From NCBI GenBank assembly GCA_016214285.1, contig JACROV010000077.1, forward strand, positions 1,617 through 65,616: 64,000 bases of DNA, written 5' to 3'. The notes under the pieces are model-generated. The model was not told the origin of the DNA. It searched no databases and worked only from the letters and a program-made list of their open reading frames with translations. A program made the translations under genes and the position numbers. The DNA comes from Candidatus Omnitrophota bacterium. Lineage in GTDB: Bacteria; Omnitrophota; Gorgyraeia; Zapsychrales; Zapsychraceae. The first letter of the stretch is position 1, and the number at the start of each line of letters is the position of its first letter. Below are positions 9,787 to 18,072 of this stretch, in pieces.

Positions 9787-11781
9787 ATGCACGGACATCA
9801 AGTGAAAAGTGAACCCCCAAACCATCGACTGTCTTTAATCCGCAAAATAGATCCCCCGGATATCTTCGCCCTGTTGTTAGGATTTATTTTTTTTATTGCC
9901 GGGCTGTATATTCTTGTCGAAAAATACATTGATTTTGGATATAACGACTGGGATTTCGCGCTTTATGCCAACGCGATGTGGAATCTTTCTCACGGGTCAT
10001 TTCATTCTTCAGTATTTGGCACGAATTTTCTGACCAATCATGCCGAATACTTTTCTCTCATCCTTGTCCCTGTGTATCGGCTTTTCGGACACCCGTTTTT
10101 ATTGATCGTCCTGAAGCTTTTTTCCCTTGCCGCCGGGTCGTTCCTTTTGTACCTTATCGCGAAAAAGGATCTCGGCTGGCCTGCCGCGACTGTCCTTATG
10201 CTGCTTTATCAGCTATATCCTCCCAATTTCTTTATGCTCATTTATGAATTTCATTTTGAAAACCTGGCGATTCCTTTTATCTTTCTGATGTATTATTTTT
10301 TCACAAATCAAAAATTTATCCCGTTTCTTATAACGGCTTTTTTTGCCAGTCTCATCAAAGAAAACATCGCTCTTGTCGTCGCGACATTTGGAATTTATGC
10401 CATTTTTAGCAAACGTGAGAATAAACTCGCGTGGATTATGGGGCCGTTGTTTTTGGGAGGAGGGACCTTCTTTTTGAGCATGTTTGTAATTACTCCTCGC
10501 TTGAGGGTGCAGGAAGGGATCAATCATGCCAATCAGTACATTGGTTTCTATTGGAAGAATCCCGGCGATACTCACTTAACTCAATCCCTATTGCTCAACC
10601 TCCATAATGCTTGGGCGAATATGAGCAGCCCTTTGAATATTTTATTTATTAAAGAACTTTTGGGTCCTTTAAATTTTTTACCCCTCTTGAGTCCTCACAC
10701 CTTATTCCTGGGGGCACCAGTCTTACTGCAGAATTTCCTTGGTCCGACTTTCCAGATGCATACGATTTATTACCACTATGCGGCTACAATTGCAGTTTTT
10801 ATTTTCTTGGCGTTGGCAGCATCCCTGAAGTTTTTAAAGATATTTATTCGTCCGTTGGCATTCTATATTATCGTTGCTTTCACCGGGCTGATTTGTATGT
10901 TCAACACTATTAATCATTTGTCCGAATTCCGCGGATGGATGGCATCGTGGCCGGATCGCCTTGACCCGGTCCGCTGGCAGATGGTGAATGTTATCCCTCC
11001 AGACGCGTCTGTCATGGCGACATTTGATTTTCTGGATAAACTTGCCGACCGTAAAGATCTGTATTCTTTTCATAATGTCTGGCGAAACCATAATCCTTTT
11101 ACCGGCGAATCGCCTTACCGCATTCCGCAGAATTTATCATTGGCTTTAATCGATTGGGAGTGCCCATGGTTCTGGTCGGATGTCCTCTCGCAGGGAAGGA
11201 GCGGCCGCCAGGACGCGCTGCGCCATGCCAGCGATTTTTATTTCCAAGGGGCCTGGGCCGTTAAAGAAGCCGCGGAAGAAATTACCCTTCTGGGAAAAGG
11301 GGCCGCCGGTAATTTGCCGCCGCTGGTGGAAGTCTCCAAAGATTTGCCGCTCAATCTTCCCGCAAATCCTGTTTTATCTGTTGACAATAAATTTTCTTTG
11401 CTTGATTTTACCATCGGACAAAAGCAGGGGGTGACGCCAAGACAGAAAATTCCACTCACCTTTTTATGGAAGGCCCAAGAGGATATGGATGATCTCTATA
11501 GCATGATAATTGAATTAAGAAAAGGAAAGGAAACCGTCTTTCGCTGGCATCGTCATCCCGGTTACGGGGTCTACGCGACGCCCTTATGGAAAAAAGGGGA
11601 GTACATCAAAGAACATTACTGGCTTTTTCTGCCGTCTTTATCCCCGGGTGAATATGCCTTTTCCATATCACTGGTTAATATGACAAAGCAACAAGGGGTG
11701 GAGTTGACTTATCAAAATCAAAGCGGGGGGGCAGTCTCGGTCATGACATTCCAGGTCAAGCCCGGCAAGGAGGTTGAGTGA
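9787..11781 (+). CDS. Polytopic membrane protein, DUF2079-like (putative GT-C type glycosyltransferase)
   Basis: There are about 12 predicted TM helices followed by a soluble C-terminal domain of about 270 aa. The N-terminal motif YNDWDFALYANAMWNLSHG...FGTNFLTNHAEYFSLILVP matches my recollection of DUF2079. The ATG follows the rfbB stop directly. Confidence 0.65.
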   Translation: MHGHQVKSEPPNHRLSLIRKIDPPDIFALLLGFIFFIAGLYILVEKYIDFGYNDWDFALYANAMWNLSHGSFHSSVFGTNFLTNHAEYFSLILVPVYRLFGHPFLLIVLKLFSLAAGSFLLYLIAKKDLGWPAATVLMLLYQLYPPNFFMLIYEFHFENLAIPFIFLMYYFFTNQKFIPFLITAFFASLIKENIALVVATFGIYAIFSKRENKLAWIMGPLFLGGGTFFLSMFVITPRLRVQEGINHANQYIGFYWKNPGDTHLTQSLLLNLHNAWANMSSPLNILFIKELLGPLNFLPLLSPHTLFLGAPVLLQNFLGPTFQMHTIYYHYAATIAVFIFLALAASLKFLKIFIRPLAFYIIVAFTGLICMFNTINHLSEFRGWMASWPDRLDPVRWQMVNVIPPDASVMATFDFLDKLADRKDLYSFHNVWRNHNPFTGESPYRIPQNLSLALIDWECPWFWSDVLSQGRSGRQDALRHASDFYFQGAWAVKEAAEEITLLGKGAAGNLPPLVEVSKDLPLNLPANPVLSVDNKFSLLDFTIGQKQGVTPRQKIPLTFLWKAQEDMDDLYSMIIELRKGKETVFRWHRHPGYGVYATPLWKKGEYIKEHYWLFLPSLSPGEYAFSISLVNMTKQQGVELTYQNQSGGAVSVMTFQVKPGKEVE

Positions 11782-12659
11782 AGAATAAAATAAAATTCTT
11801 ATGTGATCTCTTGCGCGTCAAACAGTGGGTCAAGAACGCCTTTATATTTTTTCCGTTGATTTTTTCGGGAAAACTATTCTTGCCGGTCCCGGTCGTCAAC
11901 TGCGTTATTACGTTCCTGGGGTTCTGTCTTGTGGCCAGTGGTCTGTATGTCTTCAATGATTATCTCGACCGTTACAAGGACAGGTTGCATCCCCGGAAAG
12001 CCGGTCGTCCTTTGGCAAAATGGGAGGTCGGCAAACCTGTGATCGCGCTTCTGACCGGCGGCTTGATCAGCGCGGGTCTTTTGGTGTGCTGGCAAGTTGA
12101 TCCGTTGGTCCTGGCCGCGGCCTTGATTTATATCCTTTTGCATCTTGCTTATAATTTCTTTGCCAAAAAGATCGTCATCATCGACGTTGTTTTTATCGCT
12201 CTGGGGTTTCAGATCCGGATCTGGGCAGGGGCTATGGCAAGCGGCGTCGTTCCTTCCGTCTGGCTGCAGATGTGCGTTTTTCTGTTGGCTTTATTTCTGG
12301 GGTTTACCAAGCGCCGCTATGAGCTTTCTGTTTTAAAAGACAAGGCCCCGGAACATCGCAGCGTCCTGGGGCATTACACCTCGTACCTGCTTGATCAGAT
12401 CATTATTATTTGTTCAACGCTGGCCATTGTCTTTTACGGGCTTTACACTGTTTCTCCCGATATCGTCAGCCGCATCGGCAGTCACAATATGGTTTATAGC
12501 GTCGTCTTTGTCATCTATGGGATGTTCCGCTATCTTTATCTCATCCACGTCAAAAAGCAGGGAGACGACCCCGGAGAAATTCTTTCATCCGATCCGTCAC
12601 TCTTGATTAATGTGCTGTTATGGATGTTGTTTATTTGTATTGTACTTTATATGAAATGA
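11778..12659 (+). CDS. UbiA-family prenyl-phosphate phosphoribosyltransferase (decaprenyl-phosphate 5-phosphoribosyltransferase-like)
   Basis: The N-terminus is LLRVKQWVKNAFIFFPLIFSG. The Asp-rich motif is NDYLDRYKDRLHPRKAGRPLA. There are 8-9 TM helices. The GTG start overlaps the upstream stop (GTGA). Confidence 0.72.
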   Translation: MKNKIKFLCDLLRVKQWVKNAFIFFPLIFSGKLFLPVPVVNCVITFLGFCLVASGLYVFNDYLDRYKDRLHPRKAGRPLAKWEVGKPVIALLTGGLISAGLLVCWQVDPLVLAAALIYILLHLAYNFFAKKIVIIDVVFIALGFQIRIWAGAMASGVVPSVWLQMCVFLLALFLGFTKRRYELSVLKDKAPEHRSVLGHYTSYLLDQIIIICSTLAIVFYGLYTVSPDIVSRIGSHNMVYSVVFVIYGMFRYLYLIHVKKQGDDPGEILSSDPSLLINVLLWMLFICIVLYMK

Positions 12660-12693
12660 AGAGCCGACAAGTTCTAAAAGAAAGGACATTCTT

Positions 12694-13476
12694 ATGAAGG
12701 TTGTCATTTTGTGCGGCGGACTAGGGACGCGACTTAGAGAAGAAACGGAATTCAGGCCAAAATCCATGGTCGAGATCGGAGGCCGCCCGATCCTCTGGCA
12801 CATCATGAAAATTTACATGCATTACGGGTTTAATGAATTTGTGCTTTGCCTGGGATATAAGGGGGAGATGATAAAAGAATTTTTCAATAATTACGAGATA
12901 TTAAACAATGACTTTACCATTGAGCTCGGGCACCGGAAGCACATCGAAATACACGCTAACAGCAATGCTCATGAAAAAAGCTGGAAAGTCACTTTGGTGG
13001 AAACCGGCGATAAGGCGATGAAAGGCGCTCGTCTTAAGAAGATCGAAAAATATATCGATGGCGACGAATTTATGATGACCTATGGTGACGGGGTGGCCAG
13101 TGTCGATGTCAGGGCCTTGCTGGCGTTTCATCATAATCACGGGAAATTGGCCACCCTCACCGGCGTCAACCCCGTGTCGCGTTTCGGCGAGCTTAAGGTC
13201 AAGGGTGACCAGGTACAGGTTTTCCGTGAGAAGCCGGATGATTCTACCGGATTGGTCAATGGGGGATTTCTTGTCTTTAACAGGAGGATCTTCAATTATC
13301 TTACCGAAGACGACAATTGTGATCTGGAGATAGGCCCCATGGAGACAATATGTCAGCAAGGGCAGTTGATGGTTTATAAACACACTGGCGCCTGGTTCTG
13401 TATGGATACAATCAGGGATGTGGAACATCTGAACCATCTTTGGGCCAGCGGCAAGGCGGGATGGAAGGTCTGGTAA
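12694..13476 (+). CDS. rfbF: Glucose-1-phosphate cytidylyltransferase
   Basis: MKVVILCGGLGTRLREETEFRPKSMVEIGGRPILWHIMKIY and MTYGDGV are present in a 260-aa protein. Confidence 0.93.
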   Translation: MKVVILCGGLGTRLREETEFRPKSMVEIGGRPILWHIMKIYMHYGFNEFVLCLGYKGEMIKEFFNNYEILNNDFTIELGHRKHIEIHANSNAHEKSWKVTLVETGDKAMKGARLKKIEKYIDGDEFMMTYGDGVASVDVRALLAFHHNHGKLATLTGVNPVSRFGELKVKGDQVQVFREKPDDSTGLVNGGFLVFNRRIFNYLTEDDNCDLEIGPMETICQQGQLMVYKHTGAWFCMDTIRDVEHLNHLWASGKAGWKVW

Positions 13477-13479
13477 TCA

Positions 13480-14571
13480 GTGAAGAAAACACTAAAAAAT
13501 TTTTATAAGGGCAAAAGAGTCCTTCTGACCGGTCACACGGGTTTTAAAGGCGGATGGCTTTCCTTGTGGCTGTTAAAGCTTGGTGCCAATGTGGGGGGAT
13601 ATGCTCTTAAGCCCTCTTCAAATTCTGGTCTTTACAAGGTGTTGGGGCTGGAGAGGCGGATGGAAAGCGTGACCGGGGATGTCAGAAACAAAAAGGAGGT
13701 ACAGTCTCTTTTTAAAGAATTCCGGCCTGAAATCGTTATTCATATGGCAGCTCAAGCGCTTGTAAGGCGTTCTTACGAGGATCCCGTAACCACATTGGAA
13801 ACCAATATCATGGGCACGGTCAATGTCCTGGAAGCCTGCAGGAATTTTCCATCGGTGCGGTCCATAATCAATGTGACCAGTGATAAATGTTATGAGAACC
13901 ATGGCCGGAACAGGGCTTACAGGGAAAATGACCCGATGGGCGGGCACGACCCGTATAGTTCCAGCAAGGGATGTTCGGAACTGGTGACGGCAGCCTATAT
14001 CCGGTCTTTCTTTAATCCGCAAAAATATGGTAAAGATCATAAAACAGCATTGGCGTCGGTCAGGGCCGGCAATGTTATCGGGGGAGGAGATTGGAGCAAA
14101 GACCGGATTATTCCGGATTGCGTGCGAGCGGTCTTAAGCAGTGAAAGTCTTGTGATCAGGTATCCTCAAGCCATACGCCCCTGGCAGCATGTTTTGGAGC
14201 CTCTATATGGGTATCTTTTGCTTGCGAAGAAACTTTATCAAAATGGCCCTGCCTTCTCGGGGGCCTGGAATTTTGGACCGCGCAAGAAAAGTGAGAAACC
14301 GGTTAAGTGGATCGTCGAAGAAGTGAACGAATTATGGGACGGGAGATTGTCCGTTGAAGTTGAGAAACAGCGGCAGCCACATGAATCGATTTGTCTGCGG
14401 CTTAATTCGAAGAAATCTGAATCATTGCTGGGCTGGCATCCGAAAATGGAACTCGCATATGCCCTGAAAGAAACAGTGGAATGGTATAAAGCCTGGCACA
14501 AAAATCAGGATATGTGGGGGTACTCTGTAAATCAGGTTGAAAATTATATGAGTGAAAAACGGCATGAGTGA
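13480..14571 (+). CDS. rfbG: CDP-glucose 4,6-dehydratase
   Basis: GKRVLLTGHTGFKGGWLSLWL, MAAQALVRRSY, YSSSKGCSE and RAGNVIGGGD are present. Confidence 0.92.
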   Translation: MKKTLKNFYKGKRVLLTGHTGFKGGWLSLWLLKLGANVGGYALKPSSNSGLYKVLGLERRMESVTGDVRNKKEVQSLFKEFRPEIVIHMAAQALVRRSYEDPVTTLETNIMGTVNVLEACRNFPSVRSIINVTSDKCYENHGRNRAYRENDPMGGHDPYSSSKGCSELVTAAYIRSFFNPQKYGKDHKTALASVRAGNVIGGGDWSKDRIIPDCVRAVLSSESLVIRYPQAIRPWQHVLEPLYGYLLLAKKLYQNGPAFSGAWNFGPRKKSEKPVKWIVEEVNELWDGRLSVEVEKQRQPHESICLRLNSKKSESLLGWHPKMELAYALKETVEWYKAWHKNQDMWGYSVNQVENYMSEKRHE

Positions 14572-15127
14572 TCGGTTTGTCTTTGGACAAGCCCCATTAT
14601 CCGGGGTCTGGATCGCGCGACGGAATATTTTTGAAGATGCCCGGGGGGCTTTCGGCAGATTGTTTTGCGCCGAGGAATTTCAAAGAATCGGGTTCAATAA
14701 ACCGATTGTCCAAATTAACCATTCCATCACGCCCGTTAAAGGCACTGTCAAAGGTTTGCATTTTCAGCATCCGCCTCATGCCGAAACCAAAATTATAACT
14801 TGTTTAAAAGGGGAAGTCTTTGATGTGGCCGTGGACTTACGGCAGGGGTCGAAGACTTTCTTGTCCTGGTATGGGCAAAGACTTTCGGCAGAAAACCACA
14901 AGAGCATTATTATCCCCGAAGGATTCGCCCATGGTTTTCAGACATTAACGGAGCATTGCGAACTGGTTTATTTGCATACTGAATTTTATGTTCCAAAAGC
15001 CGAAACAGCGTTTAATGTAACGGATAAACGTATTGGTATCAAATGGCCCCTACCCGTCACTGTTCTCTCAGAACGTGATAAATCCAACCCTTTTGTCCCG
15101 CAAGATTACGGTGGAGTAACTCTATGA
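14564..15127 (+). CDS. RmlC-like cupin, NDP-4-keto-6-deoxyhexose 3,5- (or 3-/5-) epimerase
   Basis: RGAFGRLF, GLHFQ..PHAETKIITCLKGEVFDVAVDLR and IPEGFAHGFQTL form the dTDP-4-dehydrorhamnose epimerase fold pattern. I prefer the ATG at 14564, which overlaps the rfbG stop, over the GTG at 14552. Confidence 0.8.
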   Translation: MSDRFVFGQAPLSGVWIARRNIFEDARGAFGRLFCAEEFQRIGFNKPIVQINHSITPVKGTVKGLHFQHPPHAETKIITCLKGEVFDVAVDLRQGSKTFLSWYGQRLSAENHKSIIIPEGFAHGFQTLTEHCELVYLHTEFYVPKAETAFNVTDKRIGIKWPLPVTVLSERDKSNPFVPQDYGGVTL

Positions 15128-16353
15128 AATGCCGGCACTGCGCAGCAGAGCTATCATTGAATTTTGTCGATCTGGGGAATGCCCCGCCTTCCAACGCTTA
15201 CTTGACAGTTGACAAACTTAACGCTCCTGAAAAGTGGTTCCCTTTGAAAGTTAAGGTCTGTTCCTCTTGCTGGCTGGTCCAAATCGAGGATTATCCGGAT
15301 TCGGCGGAACTTTTCTCGGCGGACTACGCTTATTTCAGCTCGTATTCCTCCACATGGCTGGCCCATGCCCAGCGTTTTGTAAAAGACATGCGCGAGCGTT
15401 TTAACCTTGATGCGGCAAGCCGTGTCGTTGAAGTCGCGGCCAACGACGGTTATCTCCTTCAGTATGTCAAAGCCGCGGGTATCCCCTGTCTGGGAATTGA
15501 GCCGACGAAGAGCACGGCTTCCGCCGCCCGTCAGAAAGGGATTGACATTGTTGAGGGGTTCTTTGGCGTCCGCCTTGCGCGAAAGCTTTCAGATGAAGGA
15601 AAACAGGCGGACCTGACGGCTGCCAATAATGTCCTGGCGCACGTTCCCGATATTAACGATTTTGTGTCGGGTTTCGCGGTTTTGTTAAAGCCCGACGGAG
15701 TTGCCATTTTTGAATTCCCGCACTTATTGCAGCTTGTTGCCCAAAATCAGTTTGATACAGTTTATCACGAGCATTTTTCCTATCTTTCGTTGACAGCGGT
15801 TAATCGTATTTTTGAGAAGAATGGACTTTTTATTTTTGATGCCGCGGAATTGTCGACCCACGGCGGGAGCTTGAGGGTTTTTGCCTGCCGTGCGGATTCT
15901 AAGCGCTGTAAACAATCAGAAAGAGTCTTGGAAATTTTATCACGCGAGAAATCGGCGGGGATGACAACAGTTGAATATTACGCGGGTTTTCAAGGCAAGA
16001 CGGATAAAGTGAAGAACGATTTTTTAGTCTTCCTCATTGATGCCTGGAAAAGGGGAAAGAAGGTCGTCGGCTACGGTGCCGCCGCCAAGGGAAATACACT
16101 CCTCAATTATGCGGGCGTGCGCTTTGACCTTTTATCTTTTGTCGTGGATAAGAGCCCGGCCAAACAGGGGAAGTACTTGCCCGGAAGCCGTATCCCTATT
16201 GTTGATGAAAGCCGTATCCGGACATTCCGTCCGGATTGCGTTGTGATATTGCCCTGGAATTTAAAAGAAGAGATCATGGCGCAGCTTTCTTATATCAGGG
16301 ATTGGGGGGGGAAGTTCGTGACGGCCGTCCCCCGGCTTAAGGAGCTGGGATGA
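15124..16353 (+). CDS. NDP-hexose C-methyltransferase (zinc-ribbon + class I SAM methyltransferase + C-terminal C-methyltransferase domain; TylCIII-like)
   Basis: The N-terminal CRHC...CSSC forms a Zn ribbon with FVDLGNAPPSNAYL. The SAM motif is VVEVAANDGYLL. The C-terminal VVGYGAAAKGNTLLNY fits, as does the length of 409 aa. Confidence 0.8.
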   Translation: MKCRHCAAELSLNFVDLGNAPPSNAYLTVDKLNAPEKWFPLKVKVCSSCWLVQIEDYPDSAELFSADYAYFSSYSSTWLAHAQRFVKDMRERFNLDAASRVVEVAANDGYLLQYVKAAGIPCLGIEPTKSTASAARQKGIDIVEGFFGVRLARKLSDEGKQADLTAANNVLAHVPDINDFVSGFAVLLKPDGVAIFEFPHLLQLVAQNQFDTVYHEHFSYLSLTAVNRIFEKNGLFIFDAAELSTHGGSLRVFACRADSKRCKQSERVLEILSREKSAGMTTVEYYAGFQGKTDKVKNDFLVFLIDAWKRGKKVVGYGAAAKGNTLLNYAGVRFDLLSFVVDKSPAKQGKYLPGSRIPIVDESRIRTFRPDCVVILPWNLKEEIMAQLSYIRDWGGKFVTAVPRLKELG

Positions 16354-17189
16354 AGGTCCTCGTCACCGGCGCCACCGGATTTATCGGGCAGTATCTGGTG
16401 CCGGAGCTTCTTGCCCGGCATCACAGCGTTATGGCCGTCGCCCGCGATGCTGGTCGAGCTCAAAAAATGCCGTGGCATAAACAAGTGACGTTTATCGCCA
16501 GCGATATCTATGATCCTGCGCTTGACCCTCTCCGGGTCTTCGGTGTCCCTGATGCCGTTGTTCACCTGGCCTGGCCCGGTCTGCCAAACTATAAAGATTT
16601 ATTCCATTTTGAAAAGAATCTACCCGCGGATTATGCTTTTCTAAAAAGCATGATACTTGGCGGGGTTAAACATGTTCTCGTGACCGGGACTTGTCTGGAG
16701 TACGGGATGCAAAGCGGCGCCCTGTCGGAGGAGACTGTCACGGTGCCCGCAACTCCTTATGGATTAGCCAAAGATACATTGCGGAAATTTCTCCAGGCGT
16801 TACAATCCAAACACCTTTTTACCCTTCAATGGGTCAGGCTTTTTTATATGTATGGACCCGGACAAAATCCCGGCAGCCTGCTCGCGCAACTCGATTCCGC
16901 CATTGCTAGAAAGGAGGCGGTGTTCAACATGTCCGGGGGAGAGCAGGTGCGCGATTATCTTCCGGTTGAAGAGGCCGCCCGTGATCTGGCATCGCTTTTG
17001 GATCACCCGGATTGTTCGGGCATTATCAATTGCTGCAGCGGCAACCCGATTACGGTGCGTCAGTTAGTTGAGCAAAGGATCGCCGACCGCCGATCCGATA
17101 TTAAATTGAATCTAGGCCATTATCCTTACCCCGATTATGAGCCGATGGCTTTCTGGGGAGATAATACCAAAATAAAAAGTTTGAAATAA
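16350..17189 (+). CDS. NAD(P)-dependent SDR, probable NDP-4-ketohexose reductase
   Basis: VLVTGATGFIGQYLV and YGLAKDT (YxxxK) are present. The start overlaps the stop of the methyltransferase gene (ATGA). Confidence 0.75.
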   Translation: MKVLVTGATGFIGQYLVPELLARHHSVMAVARDAGRAQKMPWHKQVTFIASDIYDPALDPLRVFGVPDAVVHLAWPGLPNYKDLFHFEKNLPADYAFLKSMILGGVKHVLVTGTCLEYGMQSGALSEETVTVPATPYGLAKDTLRKFLQALQSKHLFTLQWVRLFYMYGPGQNPGSLLAQLDSAIARKEAVFNMSGGEQVRDYLPVEEAARDLASLLDHPDCSGIINCCSGNPITVRQLVEQRIADRRSDIKLNLGHYPYPDYEPMAFWGDNTKIKSLK

Positions 17190-17193
17190 AACC

Positions 17194-18072
17194 ATGTCTT
17201 TAGCATTAGTCTACTTAGCCCGCGGGGCAAGCGATGGCTTGTCCTCCGTCAAGGAATTCTTTGAAGCTTATCGCCGGTATCCCGCCGATTGTGCGCATGA
17301 GCTCATTGTAATTATAAAAGGCTGGGCAGGGCTGGAAGGGGAAGCGGAAGTAAGACAACTGTCTTTGGCGCACAACGCAAAGGTCATTGACCTCCCTGAT
17401 GATGGATTCGACTGGGGCGCTTACATGCGGGCGGCATCGCTTCTGACGCATGATTGGATATGTTTTTTGAACACGCACAGCCGGCCGCGAGTAAAAAATT
17501 GGCTCGATTTGCTAATGAAGGGAACAGAAGTGCCGGGAATAAATGTCGGGGCTGTAGGTGCTACGGCGTCATATGAATCACTCATTTCAATTTTCTATTG
17601 GCCTTCATGTATTGCATTTCTACTCTATATTCCTCGAATTTTTCTCAATGCACTCCGATTTGCCATCTATAGCAGGAACGCCTTCCGTTCTTTCCCTAAT
17701 CCGCATCTTCGTTCCAATGCCTTCATTGTCCGACGGGAGCTGTTTGTCGATTTTGCCGCAACGCATAAAATCCCGCGCTACAAGCGTGATGCATGGATTC
17801 TGGAGAGCGGAAGGACCGGATTTACGGCCTTCCTGGCCAGCCGCGGCCTAAAACCGCTGGTAGCGGGCGCGGATGGTAAATATTATGAGCCGGAACAATG
17901 GATAAAAAGCGGGACATTCCGTGTCCCAAGGCAGCCTAACCTTCTCGTGGAGGACAATCAAACAATGATTTACGATAAAGCTGGCAGCCGAAATAAAAGG
18001 ATATTGGAAAAGAATACATGGGGAAGGATTTTTGAGAATGTTGAGATGGCAGATGCGAGGGAATGCCCATGA
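17194..18072 (+). CDS. Hypothetical protein of unknown family, possibly a GT-A-like transferase
   Basis: This is a 292-aa ORF packed tightly between the reductase and wzx. I recognise no motif with confidence. DLPDDGFDWGAY could be a DxD-like site. The functional call is speculative. Confidence 0.5.
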   Translation: MSLALVYLARGASDGLSSVKEFFEAYRRYPADCAHELIVIIKGWAGLEGEAEVRQLSLAHNAKVIDLPDDGFDWGAYMRAASLLTHDWICFLNTHSRPRVKNWLDLLMKGTEVPGINVGAVGATASYESLISIFYWPSCIAFLLYIPRIFLNALRFAIYSRNAFRSFPNPHLRSNAFIVRRELFVDFAATHKIPRYKRDAWILESGRTGFTAFLASRGLKPLVAGADGKYYEPEQWIKSGTFRVPRQPNLLVEDNQTMIYDKAGSRNKRILEKNTWGRIFENVEMADARECP

